A DNA stretch of 63,987 bases, filler included, from Vicugna vicugna (Eukaryota), in the NCBI GenBank assembly GCA_013265495.1. It is 83 parts of 78 records of this genome, joined end to end, with 100 filler letters (N's around TTAATTAATTAA, not from the genome) between each part and the next. Parts side by side here need not be neighbours in the genome. Positions count along the whole stretch, not along the records: positions 61,956 to 62,811 come from PNXW01006782.1; positions 62,912 to 63,679 come from MU058916.1; positions 63,780 to 63,987 come from MU058947.1; 80 more parts are not named here. One strand, 5' to 3'. The position numbers were made by a program, and so were the translations under genes. Positions 61,956 to 63,987 of the stretch are shown here, one piece after another. The number at the start of each line of letters is the position of its first letter. Within the stretch, counting starts at the first letter, position 1. The notes below the pieces were generated by a model. The model was not told where the DNA came from, did not search any database, and was given only the letters and a program-made list of their open reading frames with translations.

Positions 61956-62811
61956 ACACACACTTATCTCTCGGAACTCAGCATGTGGAGAGACGATCTT
62001 TCATCCAGCAAAAAGGGAATGGTTTGCAGTAGAAGCACTTACTCTTGGTTCTCTGTCTGTTCCTAGTGCCGGTTTGAATTTCCTGTGGTTTTCACTATAA
62101 TACCTAGTTGGAGCTTGAACCTCCCCATATATATGTATGGAGTGAAGTTTGCAACTGAAAAGAAACTTTGTGTTCCCTTCAAGCTAGGTGAAGGACGGCT
62201 TTCACACACACTTATCCTTCAGAACTGAGCATGTGGAGAGACGTTCGTTCATCCTGCACAAAGGGAACGGGTTGCAGGAGAAACACTTACTCTGGTTTCT
62301 CGGTATGTTTCCTAGTGCCAGTTTGAAGTTCCTGCGGTTTTCATTGTAAAACCGAATTGGAGCTTGTACCTCCCCTTATATATGTATGGAGTGGAGTTTG
62401 CAACTGAAAAGAAACTTTGTGTTCCCTTCAAGCTAGTTGAAGGACGGCTTTCACATACCATTATCTCTCAGAACTGAGCATGTGGAGAGACGTTCGTTCA
62501 TCAAGCACAAAGGGAATGGGTTACAGAAGAAACACTTACTCTGGATTCTCAGTCTGTTTCCTAGTGCCGGTTTGAAGTTCCTGCGGTTTTCACTGTAAAA
62601 CCGAGGTGGAGATTTTATCACCCATATATATGTATGGAGTGGAGTTTAGCCATTGAACAGAAACTTTGTGTTCCCTTCAAGCTAGGTGAAGGACGGCTTT
62701 CACACACACTCTTCTCTCAGAACTGAGCATGTGGAGAGACGTTCATTCATCCAGGACAATTGAGGTTTCAGGGGAATCCTTTACTCTGGTTTCTCAGTCT
62801 GTTTCCTAGTG
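61956..62811 (+). repeat. 249-bp satellite, about 3.4 monomers
   Basis: AGAAACTTTG at 62161, 62410 and 62659 (249, 249). Confidence 0.97.
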
Positions 62812-62911
62812 NNNNNNNNNNNNNNNNNNNNNNNNNNNNNNNNNNNNNNNNNNNNTTAATTAATTAANNNNNNNNNNNNNNNNNNNNNNNNNNNNNNNNN
62901 NNNNNNNNNNN

Positions 62912-63987
62912 GAGGCTGCCTCCCCAAGGTCAGGGAAAGTGTTTCTCGGACTTCCAAGAACAGGGAACCCCTGTGACTGAATAGAGTTGCGTGGATTTGT
63001 CTCTCGAGCTCCCCCACGCACTGACAATGGTTCCGGAATCCTGAGCGTGGGGAGGTTCCACCAACGGTCGGCAGCGCGTGGGTTCTAACGGAATGCCTAA
63101 GCTCGTCTCCCNNNNNNNNNNNNNNNNNNNNNNNNNNNNNNNNNNNNNNNNNNNNNNNNNNNNNNNNNNNNNNNNNNNNNNNNNNNNNNNNNNNNNNNNN
63201 NNNNNNNNNNNNNNNNNNNNNNNNNNNNNNNNNNNNNNNNNNNNNNNNNNNNNNNNNNNNNNNNNNNNNNNNNNNNNNNNNNNNNNNNNNNNNNNNNNNN
63301 NNNNNNNNNNNNNNNNNNNNNNNNNNNNNNNNNNNNNNNNNNNNNNNNNCTAACGGGATGCCTGATCTCGACTCCGCTGAGGGTTTTCCTAATGTCTCTG
63401 TGCCAGGGAATGCTAGGGGTGGATTGCAGGAAATCCCAGTTACAGAGGCTGCCTCCCCAAGTGCAGGGAAGGTATTTCTCGGACTTCCCCGAACAGGGAA
63501 CACCTGTGACTGAAGAGAGCTGCGTGGAGTTTTCTCTCCAGTTCCCCCACGCACTGACAATGGTTCCGGAATCCTGAGCGTGGGGAGGTTCCACCAACGG
63601 TCGGCAGCGCGTGGGTTCTAACAGGGTTGCCTGTGCTCGACTCCGCTGAGGGTTTTCCTAATATCTCTGTGCCAGGGAANNNNNNNNNNNNNNNNNNNNN
63701 NNNNNNNNNNNNNNNNNNNNNNNTTAATTAATTAANNNNNNNNNNNNNNNNNNNNNNNNNNNNNNNNNNNNNNNNNNNNGTTCCACCAACGGTCGGCAGG
63801 GCGTGGGTTCTTTCGGAAAGCCTATTCTCGTCTCCCGTGATGGTTTTCCTAATGTCTCTATGCCAGGGAATGCTAGGGGGGTTTGCAGGATATCCCAGTG
63901 ACAGAGGTTGCCTCCCCAATTTCAGGGAAGGTATTACTCGGACTTTCCCGAACAGGGAACACCTGTGACTGAAGAGAGCTGCGTGGA
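62912..63987 (-). repeat. 267-bp satellite (62912-63679 gapped, 63780-63987)
   Basis: Monomer match. Confidence 0.97.

Overview
This is not a contiguous locus and not prokaryotic. It is a string of dozens of short (about 0.1-1.8 kb) unplaced mammalian scaffolds joined by an artificial 100-bp spacer (44 N + TTAATTAATTAA + 44 N), so adjacency across spacers has no biological meaning. tRNA-derived SINEs of the camelid Vic-1 type and a 267-bp satellite point to a camelid, most likely South American (alpaca/llama); this is an inference. The content is dominated by satellite DNA: (1) a GC-rich 267-bp satellite in more than 20 scaffolds, (2) a 249-bp satellite, (3) an AT-rich ~245-bp satellite that reconstructs as an A-B-C higher-order repeat of about 735 bp, (4) a TTCTATA-heptamer satellite with a 63-bp higher-order unit, and (5) two diverged relic arrays (~238 bp and ~260 bp). 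The rest is L1 ORF1/ORF2 fragments, older L1M/L2/MIR pieces, ERV LTRs (one solo LTR with a 4-bp TSD), a CpG-island promoter fragment and two pairs of paralogous unique-looking sequences. No intact protein-coding or RNA gene is supported. The most interesting signals are apparent common ancestry of the 238/245/249/260/267-bp satellites, the trimeric higher-order repeat, a CENP-B-box-like motif plus dyad symmetries, and a stop-free 89-codon frame through the 267-bp monomer.
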